This document shows, in pieces, positions 1 through 8,566 of a stretch of DNA of 64,000 bases. This stretch comes from Promethearchaeota archaeon. Lineage in GTDB: Archaea > Asgardarchaeota > Lokiarchaeia > Sigyniarchaeales > SOKP01. The stretch's first letter is position 1; the number at the start of each line of letters is the position of its first letter. Location: the NCBI GenBank assembly GCA_048939995.1, contig JBHLOY010000006.1:128001-192000 (forward strand), in the 5' to 3' direction. The notes beneath the pieces are model-generated. The model made no database searches. It saw only the letters and a program-made list of their open reading frames with translations, and was not told the origin of the DNA. Both the position numbers and the translations under genes were made by a program.

Positions 1-17
1 TTTTTCCAATCAATCTG

Positions 18-746
18 TTACACCTCTATTGATTTTAAATATTGTTCATCAATTTTAATAGGATGCCCCATAGTAGTTTTCAGATACATAGATTTAATAT
101 TATTATACTTATGGGGCATTTGCTCAGCAATATAATCAACTACAGCTTTCAAATTTTCAAAAACATGTTCTTTTTCCATCGACTTTTTTCCAATTTTGAC
201 TTGTATTTGAGGTTGTTTTTTTAATTGAATTCGAATAGCTTTTAAATATCGCTCTATAGCAACTTTTAAATCATCTGGATTAGAAATTATTCCATATCCA
301 CTAGGGAAAGGTTTTGGCATTTTACCAACTGGGCCTAAAAATCGAGCAAGATATCGAGCCAAGTTTGGCATCATTTTATCTTCTACGACAAAAAAATCGT
401 ATTTTTTAACAAATTTCTTTTTATATTTTTTTTCTTCGTTATTCAATTTAATTAAACCCTCTTCATCCAGAGTATCTAAACCTAATTTCTTTGCTTCTAA
501 GAGAATGTCATCTGAAGCGACAACACATATATTTGGATTTTCGGAGATAATAACATTGTTAGGTAAGAGGACTTCTTTATCAATTCTCTGTTTTGGGTCA
601 TTCAAATTTAGATCTTTAAGATTAATGATAAAATCTATGCTTTCATCAAAATTTCTAACCTTGTCCTTAAAACCTTTTTTTTGTTTCACTGAAAATTTAA
701 TTGCTGCATTTAATGATTTTCTTAACATTTTATCGTCTAATTTCAT
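18..746 (-). CDS. rpl1: 50S ribosomal protein uL1
   Basis: RNFDESIDFIINL, LGPVGKMP and YLKTTMG motifs; directly downstream of rpl11, as in the archaeal L11-L1-L10-L12 operon. Confidence 0.96.
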   Translation of the reverse strand: MKLDDKMLRKSLNAAIKFSVKQKKGFKDKVRNFDESIDFIINLKDLNLNDPKQRIDKEVLLPNNVIISENPNICVVASDDILLEAKKLGLDTLDEEGLIKLNNEEKKYKKKFVKKYDFFVVEDKMMPNLARYLARFLGPVGKMPKPFPSGYGIISNPDDLKVAIERYLKAIRIQLKKQPQIQVKIGKKSMEKEHVFENLKAVVDYIAEQMPHKYNNIKSMYLKTTMGHPIKIDEQYLKSIEV

Positions 747-749
747 TTA

Positions 750-1284
750 TTAAATCTCACCTTTTATTTGATCATCAAAATCCCCATTATCAATTTTTTT
801 CTGAATTTCTCGTGGATCCTTTCCTTCAACAGTAGCCCCTATCGATAGCACTGTACCTAATACTGTTTTTAAGGAATTTTTAAACGTTTTATCTAAGAAT
901 CTTTCTTTTTTAGCAATCGCAACAGCAATTACTTGTTCCAATGTTAAATTACCAATCTTTGTTTCTGAAGCTGAAGCACTTCCTTTCTCAACACCCAATT
1001 CTTTCAGAAGAAGGGATGCAGTACTTGGAGTTTCAACAAAAATTTCAAATTGCTTAGTTTCGGGATCACATTCAATCCTAACTGGAACTGTTAATCCCTT
1101 AAAGATCATAGTTTTCTCATTGACAGCATCGACTACATCTTTAATGTTTATACCTGTTGGGCCTACGGCTGGACCTATAGGTGGCCCTCCTGACGCATTC
1201 GGGGTTTATTCTAAATGAATATTAAATTATAACTCTCCCACCAGTCACAAGAGCCTTTACAATTAATTTTCCTTTAGTACTCAT
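750..1284 (-). CDS. rpl11: 50S ribosomal protein uL11, intron-containing; join(complement 1235..1284, 750..1197), 165 aa after splicing
   Basis: The ORF track gives only the C-terminal 119 aa. ATG at 1284 encodes MSTKGKLIVKALVTGG; after a 37-nt insertion, another frame continues ASGGPPIGPAVGPTGINIKDVVDAVNEKT into the listed ORF. Confidence 0.93.
1198..1234 (-). other. Putative BHB (tRNA-type) intron in rpl11, 37 nt
   Basis: Central helix UGGG/CCCG, bulges AG^A and AA^U, intron stem GUU/AAC plus UAUUC/GAAUA, exon stem GGCUCUU-G-UGAC/GUCA-G-GAGGGCC. Contains an in-frame UAA; removal restores the frame. Confidence 0.85.
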
Positions 1285-1290
1285 GCAATT

Positions 1291-1295
1291 TCACC
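1291..1295 (-). promoter_or_regulatory. Shine-Dalgarno-like GGTGA, 6 nt upstream of the rpl11 ATG
   Basis: Minus strand reads GGTGA-AATTGC-ATG; supports 1284 as the real start. Confidence 0.7.
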
Positions 1296-1514
1296 GTTTT
1301 GCTTGATTATTTAGTAAAAAAATATACTTAAAAGGTCAAGAACGTAAAATTAAATTCGTTGTCAATTTTTATTCCAATATGTTTTATATCGAAACCGCTT
1401 TAATTTGCGTCCTAAGTCTTTTAAAAGTATATTTTGAACTTAGTATGAGAAAAAATGTATAAAAATTAATAAGTTTTATTATAATGTCTAAAGGGTCGAA
1501 TAGAAATTTATAGG

Positions 1515-1715
1515 TTAAAATCTACAACATAATCTTCTGCCATAATCTAGATTTTTTTTAAAAAACTCATCTGATAAAAATTCCATAATTTGGTCATAAT
1601 TAAAATTAGTTTTAAAGTTGGAATTTATCTGTTCAGGAATTTCCTTAACTTCTAACCCAGGAATGGCTATTAGTCTAAAGATTTCTTTTTTTATTTCTTC
1701 AGTTATTTCTTCCAT
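1515..1715 (-). CDS. Small hypothetical protein (66 aa) ending in RRLCCRF
   Basis: ATG-initiated ORF filling an intergenic gap, with protein-like composition. Confidence 0.65.
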   Translation of the reverse strand: MEEITEEIKKEIFRLIAIPGLEVKEIPEQINSNFKTNFNYDQIMEFLSDEFFKKNLDYGRRLCCRF

Positions 1716-1779
1716 TATAAAATTGTTATTTATTTAGATAAATAAATGTGAGCCTTAATTTTAAAAATATATTTTAGAC

Positions 1780-2454
1780 CTAAGTTTCTTCTAAAATGAC
1801 CTTGTGTGTGATTCTGCCAATTTTCTCAATCGATGCTTCAATTGTATCTCCTGGTTTAATAGGTGATATTCCACTTGGAGTCCCTGTTGCTATGATATCC
1901 CCTTTTTCTAAAGTCACAAATTTCGAGAGATATTCTAAAATTGCTGGGATTTTAAAAATCATATATTTAGTGTTGGAGGACTGTCTAACCTCATCGTTTA
2001 CTTTTAATTCAATATCAAGATTATGGGGTTCTTGAATCTCATTAACATCTTTTATAATAGGACCTATAGGTGCGAAAGTATCAAAATTTTTACTTCTATA
2101 CCATGGCAAATTAATATTTCTATCAGCTATTTGCATATTTCGAGCGGTTAGATCAAGAATTATGGTATAACCTTGAATATATTCAAATGCAGATTTAGCT
2201 GGAATGTGTTTGCATTTCTGATTTATGATAAATGCAAGTTCAACCTCATGATCCACCCTATTAAACTCTTTATTGTCAAATAATATTTTTGGGTAAATGA
2301 TTGACTCATTATTCATTATGAGTGTATTTATAGTTTTAACGAAGAAAACTGGTTCTTTAGGTATAGGCGCTTCTGTTTCTTTAATATGTTCTAAATAATT
2401 CCTTCCCAGACATAATATTTTTGTGGGATTAATTGAAATATTCCCAATTTTCAT
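1780..2454 (-). CDS. Fumarylacetoacetate hydrolase family protein
   Basis: KILCLGRNY, EPVFFVK, VDHEVELA, SKNFDTFAPIGP and GDIIATGTP motifs. Confidence 0.93.
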   Translation of the reverse strand: MKIGNISINPTKILCLGRNYLEHIKETEAPIPKEPVFFVKTINTLIMNNESIIYPKILFDNKEFNRVDHEVELAFIINQKCKHIPAKSAFEYIQGYTIILDLTARNMQIADRNINLPWYRSKNFDTFAPIGPIIKDVNEIQEPHNLDIELKVNDEVRQSSNTKYMIFKIPAILEYLSKFVTLEKGDIIATGTPSGISPIKPGDTIEASIEKIGRITHKVILEET

Positions 2455-2463
2455 CTTTAATAA

Positions 2464-3138
2464 TCACTCTCCTTCTAAAATTACTTTATTTGTAAGTGTA
2501 CCAATGTTTTCGATTTTTGCTTCAATTAAATCACCTGGATTGATTGGACCAATACCTCCAGGGGTTCCGGTAGCGATAATATCTCCTGACTCCATCGTAA
2601 AAAATTTACTAATATATTCTAATAATTTTGGAACTTTAAATAATAAATGTTTTGTGTTCGATGATTGTTTAATTTCTCCATTTACCTTTAATTCAATTTT
2701 TAGATTATGAGGATCTTCAATGCTTTTAACATCTCGTATAATTGGGCCTATAGGCCCAAATGTATCAAAAGATTTTGATCGGAACCAAGGTAACTTAGAA
2801 ATTATATCTTTAGCTTGCATTTTACGTGCTGTAACATCATTAAATACGGTATATCCAAGAATATATTTATAAACATCATTAGCAGCTACATACTTGCATC
2901 TAGTTTTTATAATGAATGCTAATTCAACCTCATAGTCAACTCGGTTATATTTGCGATTCTGATATAACCATTTAGGATAAATAATTGGTTCTCTATCTAA
3001 GATCAAACAATTTGGAGTTTTAGGGAATAAAACAGGCTCTTTTGGGATTTCTAATTTTGTTTCTTCAATATGGTCCATATAATTTGTACCAACGCAAATT
3101 ATTTTAGTAGGTTCAATGACTTTATCTCCAATTTTCAT
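2464..3138 (-). CDS. Fumarylacetoacetate hydrolase family protein (tandem paralog)
   Basis: Same motifs (VDYEVELA, SKSFDTFGPIGP, GDIIATGTPGG). Start moved to ATG 3138 (MKIGDK), which matches the paralog's N-terminus and 224-aa length. Confidence 0.92.
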   Translation of the reverse strand: MKIGDKVIEPTKIICVGTNYMDHIEETKLEIPKEPVLFPKTPNCLILDREPIIYPKWLYQNRKYNRVDYEVELAFIIKTRCKYVAANDVYKYILGYTVFNDVTARKMQAKDIISKLPWFRSKSFDTFGPIGPIIRDVKSIEDPHNLKIELKVNGEIKQSSNTKHLLFKVPKLLEYISKFFTMESGDIIATGTPGGIGPINPGDLIEAKIENIGTLTNKVILEGE

Positions 3139-3320
3139 GACCTCATTTATCTCCTTAAGATAATTACATTTTAACAACAAAAACATTCTAATCTTTACTA
3201 TTTGAAGAAAAACCAACTATATGCATCTAAATAACGTTTAAATTTTAAAGATAATTAATTTTCAGAAAAGTATAATTGGTATTGAAAATATATTTTATAG
3301 ATTAATTATATAACATTTTA

Positions 3321-3878
3321 ATGATTATGAGTGAGAGAGATACTAGATTCACGTTAAAAGTTGCAATGTGCGCAATTTTTATAGCTTTAGGAGTTGTGTT
3401 AAGTTATTTTAATCCTTTTGCATATATTTTAATATTTGGTACTAGAATTAATCCTTTTGCCCATCTTATCAACGCTATGACAGGTGTTTTAATAGGTATA
3501 AGTTTTTCATGCACTACTGCTTTAGGAATAGCAATAATACGATTTTCAGCAGGTATAGGGACAATACATGCTTTTCATGGAGGAATTTCAGGAGCATTTA
3601 TAGTAGGTATTATTGCTTACTATTTAAGAAAAAAGAAACCTGAATATAGTAATTTATCAGCTCTATGTGAACCAATTGGTACTGTCTTTATAGGAGGGAC
3701 TATTGCATATTTAATCGCGCCTATTGGTGAATCTATAATAGCAGGATTAATTACTTATTGGTGGTTATTCTTTTTAAGTTCTCTTACAGGGAGCATTATA
3801 GGTTTTGTAATTTTGATATTGTTGAAGAGGGTAGGATATAGTTGGGAAACCTTTTTTTTTAAATTAAATACCGTTTAA
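3321..3878 (+). CDS. thiW: ECF transporter S component, ThiW family
   Basis: Hydrophobic protein with NPFAHLINAMTGVLIG, GIGTIHAFHGG and EPIGTVFIG motifs. Confidence 0.82.
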   Translation: MIMSERDTRFTLKVAMCAIFIALGVVLSYFNPFAYILIFGTRINPFAHLINAMTGVLIGISFSCTTALGIAIIRFSAGIGTIHAFHGGISGAFIVGIIAYYLRKKKPEYSNLSALCEPIGTVFIGGTIAYLIAPIGESIIAGLITYWWLFFLSSLTGSIIGFVILILLKRVGYSWETFFFKLNTV

Positions 3879-3887
3879 ATCCTTTTT

Positions 3888-4472
3888 ATGAGATCATTAA
3901 ATAATTTTGAGTTTCAGAAATTTATTGGGCAACATACTCTATTATATGGAGAAAATAATACTCAAAAAACCTATTTAACAGCAAAATTTGTGGAATTTCT
4001 ATTTAATTTAAAAGAGTTTAAGCCTAAAGAAATTTCTATTTTAGATTTTGCCCCAAAATTAACTTACATTAACAATTTAAAAGTAGGAGGCCTAATTAAA
4101 GACTGTTTCAAGGATAGTAAAAAATGTAATTATATTAAATTCAAGGGAGAAATAATACCCCCTCGACTAAAAGCAAGAAATAAAGACGAGTTATATAAAA
4201 ATTTATGTCATAATTATAAAATAGTGTCAAATATCTTACAAAAATTTAATGAAAATCCTTCCTCTATTTTAATAATGAACGATATATCAATTTACCTCCA
4301 TTTGGGAAGTAAGAATTACATTTTAAATACAATTTTAAAAACAAATACCTTTTTTGGTAATTCATACTACGGATATTCGATTAAAAAAGATTTTTCAAAG
4401 CTATTAACTATTAAAGAGCGCAAACGAGTTGAGTTTTTAGCTAGGAGACTGAAAAATGCAATAAAAACATAA
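3888..4472 (+). CDS. Hypothetical protein, degenerate P-loop NTPase-like
   Basis: HTLLYGENNTQKT (Walker A-like) and ILIMNDISIYL (Walker B-like). Confidence 0.6.
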   Translation: MRSLNNFEFQKFIGQHTLLYGENNTQKTYLTAKFVEFLFNLKEFKPKEISILDFAPKLTYINNLKVGGLIKDCFKDSKKCNYIKFKGEIIPPRLKARNKDELYKNLCHNYKIVSNILQKFNENPSSILIMNDISIYLHLGSKNYILNTILKTNTFFGNSYYGYSIKKDFSKLLTIKERKRVEFLARRLKNAIKT

Positions 4473-4632
4473 TTTTTCCAAAAAAACCCCACGCATAAAA
4501 AAATCTAAAATTCTAAGAGTATTTTCAAAAATATCATAGAATCTCACTCTTTTTATAAAAAATTAGGGATAGACTTAAATTTTTAACAAATAAATTTTAT
4601 AAATATAAATTTTAATGTTTTTACGATAAAAA

Positions 4633-6138
4633 ATGAATGAAATTCATGATTTTTCTGTAATGAAGGATGGATTAAATTATAAATACTATGTCAATGGAAA
4701 ATGGAAAGTATCAGATTCGGGTAAAATTACTGCTATTTACAATCCTTATAATAATGATTTAATTGGATATGTTCAAGCGTGTAGTAAAAAAGATGTTGAT
4801 GAAGCGGTTAATTGCGCTAAAGAAAATGTAGATTGCTGGGAAAACACACCATCAAAAGATAGAATTGATGTTTTAAGAAAAGCAGCAGATTTAATGATGA
4901 AATGGGCCGAACCTATAGGAAAAATTCTTATGCAAGAAATAGGGAAACCATTAAAGATCGCTATTTCTGAAATTAGAAGAACTGCAGATATTTTTAATGC
5001 AACAGCAGATGCTGGCTCTCAAATAGTAGGTGAAACAATTATGGGAGACGCATTTAAAGGTTTTAATAAAGACAAAATATCAATGACTTATAGAATCCCC
5101 TTAGGAGTTGTATTATGTATAGGACCATTCAATTATCCTTTTAATTTAACAGGTTCAAAAATTGCTCCAGCACTCGTAGCAGGTAATAGTGTTATTGTAA
5201 AACCACCAAGTGAAGGTGCTATAACGCCATTACATTTTGGTGTAATTTTAGAGAAAGCAGGTCTCCCCCCAGGTGTATTTAATATTATTACAGGACGCGG
5301 TTCAGAAATTGGAGATTATTTAACCGGGCATCCAAAGATAGATATGATAGGTTTTACAGGATCTTCAGAAACAGGTAAGCATCTTTCTAAGGTAGCAGGA
5401 ATGAAACCTTTATTATTAGAACTTGGTGGAAAAGATGCTGCTATAGTTCTTGATGATGCTGATTTAGAATTAGCTATTAAAGCTATAGTAAAAGGCGCAT
5501 TTTCTTTTAGCGGACAAAGATGCACTGCAGTTAAAAGGGTTTTACCAATGCCAAGAATCGCGGATATTTTAGTAGAAAAAGTTACCAAAGAAGTATTGAA
5601 TTTAAGTATTGGGAATCCCGCAGAAAATATGACAATAGGACCTTTAATAAATTCACAAAGATGCGATTACGTTCAAGGATTAATTGATGATGCTTTGAGT
5701 AAGGGAGCCACTTTAAAATGTGGAAATAGAAGAGAAGGGAATATAATGTGGCCAACTATTCTTGATAATGTAACAACAGATATGCGGGTAGCATGGGAGG
5801 AACCATTCGGTCCCGTATTACCTTTCATTCGTATTCGTAGCGCTGAAGAAGCAATTGATATTTCAAATAAATCAGAGTATGGATTACAAGGTATGATTTT
5901 TACTAATAATATTGATCTGGCGTTTAATATCGCTCAAGAATTAGAAGTTGGGACAGTTCAAATAAACGGTCAGAGTGAGAGAGGACCTGATCATTTTCCA
6001 TTTTTAGGAACTAAATCCTCTGGATTGGGGACTCAAGGTATCAAATATTCAATAGAGGCGATGAGTCGTCCTAAAGTTGTGGTTATGAACTTAAGTGAGA
6101 AAGGGAAATTAATTCATGAGTGTAGGGTAGATAATTAA
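4633..6138 (+). CDS. gapN: Non-phosphorylating NADP-dependent glyceraldehyde-3-phosphate dehydrogenase (ALDH family)
   Basis: PFNYPFNLTGSKIAPAL, LELGGKDAA, FSGQRCTAVKR, WEEPFGPVLP and RGPDHFPFLG motifs, typical of GAPN. Confidence 0.88.
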   Translation: MNEIHDFSVMKDGLNYKYYVNGKWKVSDSGKITAIYNPYNNDLIGYVQACSKKDVDEAVNCAKENVDCWENTPSKDRIDVLRKAADLMMKWAEPIGKILMQEIGKPLKIAISEIRRTADIFNATADAGSQIVGETIMGDAFKGFNKDKISMTYRIPLGVVLCIGPFNYPFNLTGSKIAPALVAGNSVIVKPPSEGAITPLHFGVILEKAGLPPGVFNIITGRGSEIGDYLTGHPKIDMIGFTGSSETGKHLSKVAGMKPLLLELGGKDAAIVLDDADLELAIKAIVKGAFSFSGQRCTAVKRVLPMPRIADILVEKVTKEVLNLSIGNPAENMTIGPLINSQRCDYVQGLIDDALSKGATLKCGNRREGNIMWPTILDNVTTDMRVAWEEPFGPVLPFIRIRSAEEAIDISNKSEYGLQGMIFTNNIDLAFNIAQELEVGTVQINGQSERGPDHFPFLGTKSSGLGTQGIKYSIEAMSRPKVVVMNLSEKGKLIHECRVDN

Positions 6139-6139
6139 A

Positions 6140-6979
6140 ATGATTAACTTAAAAGATAAAACATTATTCATCACAGGCGCAAGTCGAGGCATAGGTAAAG
6201 CAATAGCCATGAGAGCTGCCCAAGATGGGGCAAAAATTGCTGTAGTGGCCAAAACCGCGGAACCAAATCCTAAATTACCTGGAACAGTATATAGTGCTGT
6301 TGAAGATATTAATAATACTGGTGGTAAAGGTCTTGCTTGTATAGCAGATATTAGATTTGAAGAACAAGTTCAAACAGCCGTGGATGCTACTATCAAAGAA
6401 TTTGGGGGGATTGATATCTTAGTTAACGATGCAAGTGCTATAAGTTTAACACCAACGTTGGATACTGACATGAAGAGATTTGATCTTATGTTTTCAGTTA
6501 ATTTACGCGGTACATTTTTATGCTCAAAATTATGTCTTCCCTATTTGAAAAAATCTGAAAACCCACACATTCTAAATCTGTCTCCGCCCTTAAATATGGA
6601 TCCAAAATGGTTTACTCATCATGTTGCTTACACAATGTCCAAATACGGAATGAGTATGTGTGTGTTAGGTATGGCTGAAGAATTTAAAAAGGAAGGAATT
6701 GCAGTTAATGCTCTCTGGCCTCGTACAGCTATAGCTACCGCTGCGGTTAAAAATTTATTGGGAGGAGATGCAACAATAAGACATTCAAGAAAACCAGAGA
6801 TTGTTGCTGATGCAGCTTATTTAATATTAACAAAACCTAGTAAAGAATGTACAGGAAACTTTTTCATAGATGATGAAATTTTAATTGAACATGGTATTAC
6901 AAATTTAGAAAAGTACTCAGTAGTCCCTGGTTCTAAGCTTATTCCAGATTTCTTTCTTTATGGGGGAGGACAAACTTAA
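6140..6979 (+). CDS. Short-chain dehydrogenase/reductase, HSDL2-like
   Basis: ITGASRGIG, AKTAEPNPKLPGT, YTMSK and VNALWPRTAIATAA motifs. Confidence 0.88.
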   Translation: MINLKDKTLFITGASRGIGKAIAMRAAQDGAKIAVVAKTAEPNPKLPGTVYSAVEDINNTGGKGLACIADIRFEEQVQTAVDATIKEFGGIDILVNDASAISLTPTLDTDMKRFDLMFSVNLRGTFLCSKLCLPYLKKSENPHILNLSPPLNMDPKWFTHHVAYTMSKYGMSMCVLGMAEEFKKEGIAVNALWPRTAIATAAVKNLLGGDATIRHSRKPEIVADAAYLILTKPSKECTGNFFIDDEILIEHGITNLEKYSVVPGSKLIPDFFLYGGGQT

Positions 6980-7108
6980 CTTAATTGATAAAGATATGAC
7001 TTAAAACTGATTAATTACTACCTCATTACCTCAATAATAAATTTAATAATAGTTATAACTCTAGAAATAAATAACAGCAATTAAAATTACCAATTAAGTG
7101 AGAATAAT

Positions 7109-7747
7109 TTGAAAAAGATAGTTCTTTTTGGTCCTCCTGGAGCGGGAAAGGGGACTTTTTCAGCCCAAATTAAGCAAGCTTTACCAAAAGTAGTCCACAT
7201 TAGCACAGGAGACATTTTTAGAGAAAATTTGAAAAATGAAACTACTTTAGGTTTGAAAGCCAAAACTTTTATGGAAAAGGGAGAATTAGTACCAGATAAT
7301 ATCGTTATTGAAATGATAAAGGATCGAATGAATAAAAAAGACGTTAAAAAAAATGGATTTGTACTAGATGGTTTTCCACGTACTTTATCCCAAGCAGAGG
7401 CGTTATCAGATATAACCAACATAGATTTTGTGTTATTATTAAAAGTAGATGAGGATATTATAATTAAAAGAATTCTTGGTAGATATTCATGTCCAGATTG
7501 CGGTGAACTCTATAATAAATATTTTATGAAGCCAAAGAAAGAAGATATATGTGATAAATGTGGAGCATCGATAAAATTTGAGCAAAGAAGCGATGATAAT
7601 GAAGAAATTTTAAGAAACCGTCTCGATGTATATAAAGAAAATGCCAAACCTCTCCTTGACTATTATAAAAAAAAAGGAAAAGTCAAAGAAATTAATTATG
7701 AAAATAAATTAACTGAAAAAGAAGTTAAAAACGTATTAGAACTATAA
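7109..7747 (+). CDS. adk: Adenylate kinase (bacterial-type, Zn-lid)
   Basis: GPPGAGKGT, HISTGDIFR, LDGFPRT, CPDC...CDKC lid and QRSDD. Confidence 0.95.
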   Translation: MKKIVLFGPPGAGKGTFSAQIKQALPKVVHISTGDIFRENLKNETTLGLKAKTFMEKGELVPDNIVIEMIKDRMNKKDVKKNGFVLDGFPRTLSQAEALSDITNIDFVLLLKVDEDIIIKRILGRYSCPDCGELYNKYFMKPKKEDICDKCGASIKFEQRSDDNEEILRNRLDVYKENAKPLLDYYKKKGKVKEINYENKLTEKEVKNVLEL

Positions 7748-7778
7748 CTATTTTTAACTTTCTTCATTTTATCATATT

Positions 7779-8531
7779 ATGAGCATTAATATTTGCATTT
7801 CAATTCCAATTAAATCTAATAGCATAAACGAAATTAAAATAGTAGTAGATAAAGCTTTAACATTCAATCCTGAGTTTATCGAATTTAGATTTGATTATAT
7901 TAATAAAATCGAATATTTAACAGAGAATTTTGTAAAACAATTAAAATCTTTAATTGAAAGTAAATGCTATTCTATTTTTGTCCTTAGAGATATTTCTGAA
8001 GGAGGAAAAGCTAAACTTGAGAAGTCCCAAAGGATAAAACTGTTAAAAATGCTGATTAAAACTAAACCAGACTTCTTCGATATCGAAATGAACTCAGATT
8101 TACAAACTCTTAGTGACATTATTAGCTTGTCTTTTATGACAAAAGTTAATTTATTTTTCTCTTATCATAATCTTGAAGAAACTCCAGATTTCGAGAGCTT
8201 AAAAGAGATAATTTTAAGGTTCGAAGAAAAAGTAATTAAAAATAATATGAATGAGTTTGACATTCTAGATAAGAGTGTATATAAATTAACGTTTAAAGCC
8301 AATAATTTTGAAGACAACATAATTCCTTTAAAAATTTGTCAAGAGTTATCAAAAAATAATAAAAAGATTATATCCTTCTGCATGGATGATATAGGAATTT
8401 TCTCAAGATTGATGTGTGTAAAGTTAGGTTCATTTTTAACTTATGCTGCTTTGGATGAACAGACAGCACCAGGACAAATTCATGTAAAAATAATGCAAGA
8501 ATTATATGAAATATTCTCAAATAATAAATGA
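7779..8531 (+). CDS. aroD: Type I 3-dehydroquinate dehydratase
   Basis: IEFRFDY, SEGG, DIE, SYHN, FCM and TAPGQI motifs. Confidence 0.88.
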   Translation: MSINICISIPIKSNSINEIKIVVDKALTFNPEFIEFRFDYINKIEYLTENFVKQLKSLIESKCYSIFVLRDISEGGKAKLEKSQRIKLLKMLIKTKPDFFDIEMNSDLQTLSDIISLSFMTKVNLFFSYHNLEETPDFESLKEIILRFEEKVIKNNMNEFDILDKSVYKLTFKANNFEDNIIPLKICQELSKNNKKIISFCMDDIGIFSRLMCVKLGSFLTYAALDEQTAPGQIHVKIMQELYEIFSNNK

Positions 8532-8566
8532 ATATATGCTTAAAATTAAAATATTAACTACCAATA

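Noticed and set aside
1-13. Possible TTG start of rpl10 after rpl1
   Set aside because: Plausible from operon order and a GAGGTG SD-like motif, but only four codons are visible.
1211-1233. GT...AG segment (23 nt) inside the rpl11 insertion
   Set aside because: Its removal leaves 14 extra nt and a frameshift; the 37-nt BHB excision is needed.
1198-1234. rpl11 break as a sequencing error, programmed frameshift or IS footprint
   Set aside because: It is 37 nt of extra non-coding sequence with a stop, not a 1-nt indel. There is no slippery site or clear target duplication, and its 3' end pairs with the upstream exon as a BHB requires.
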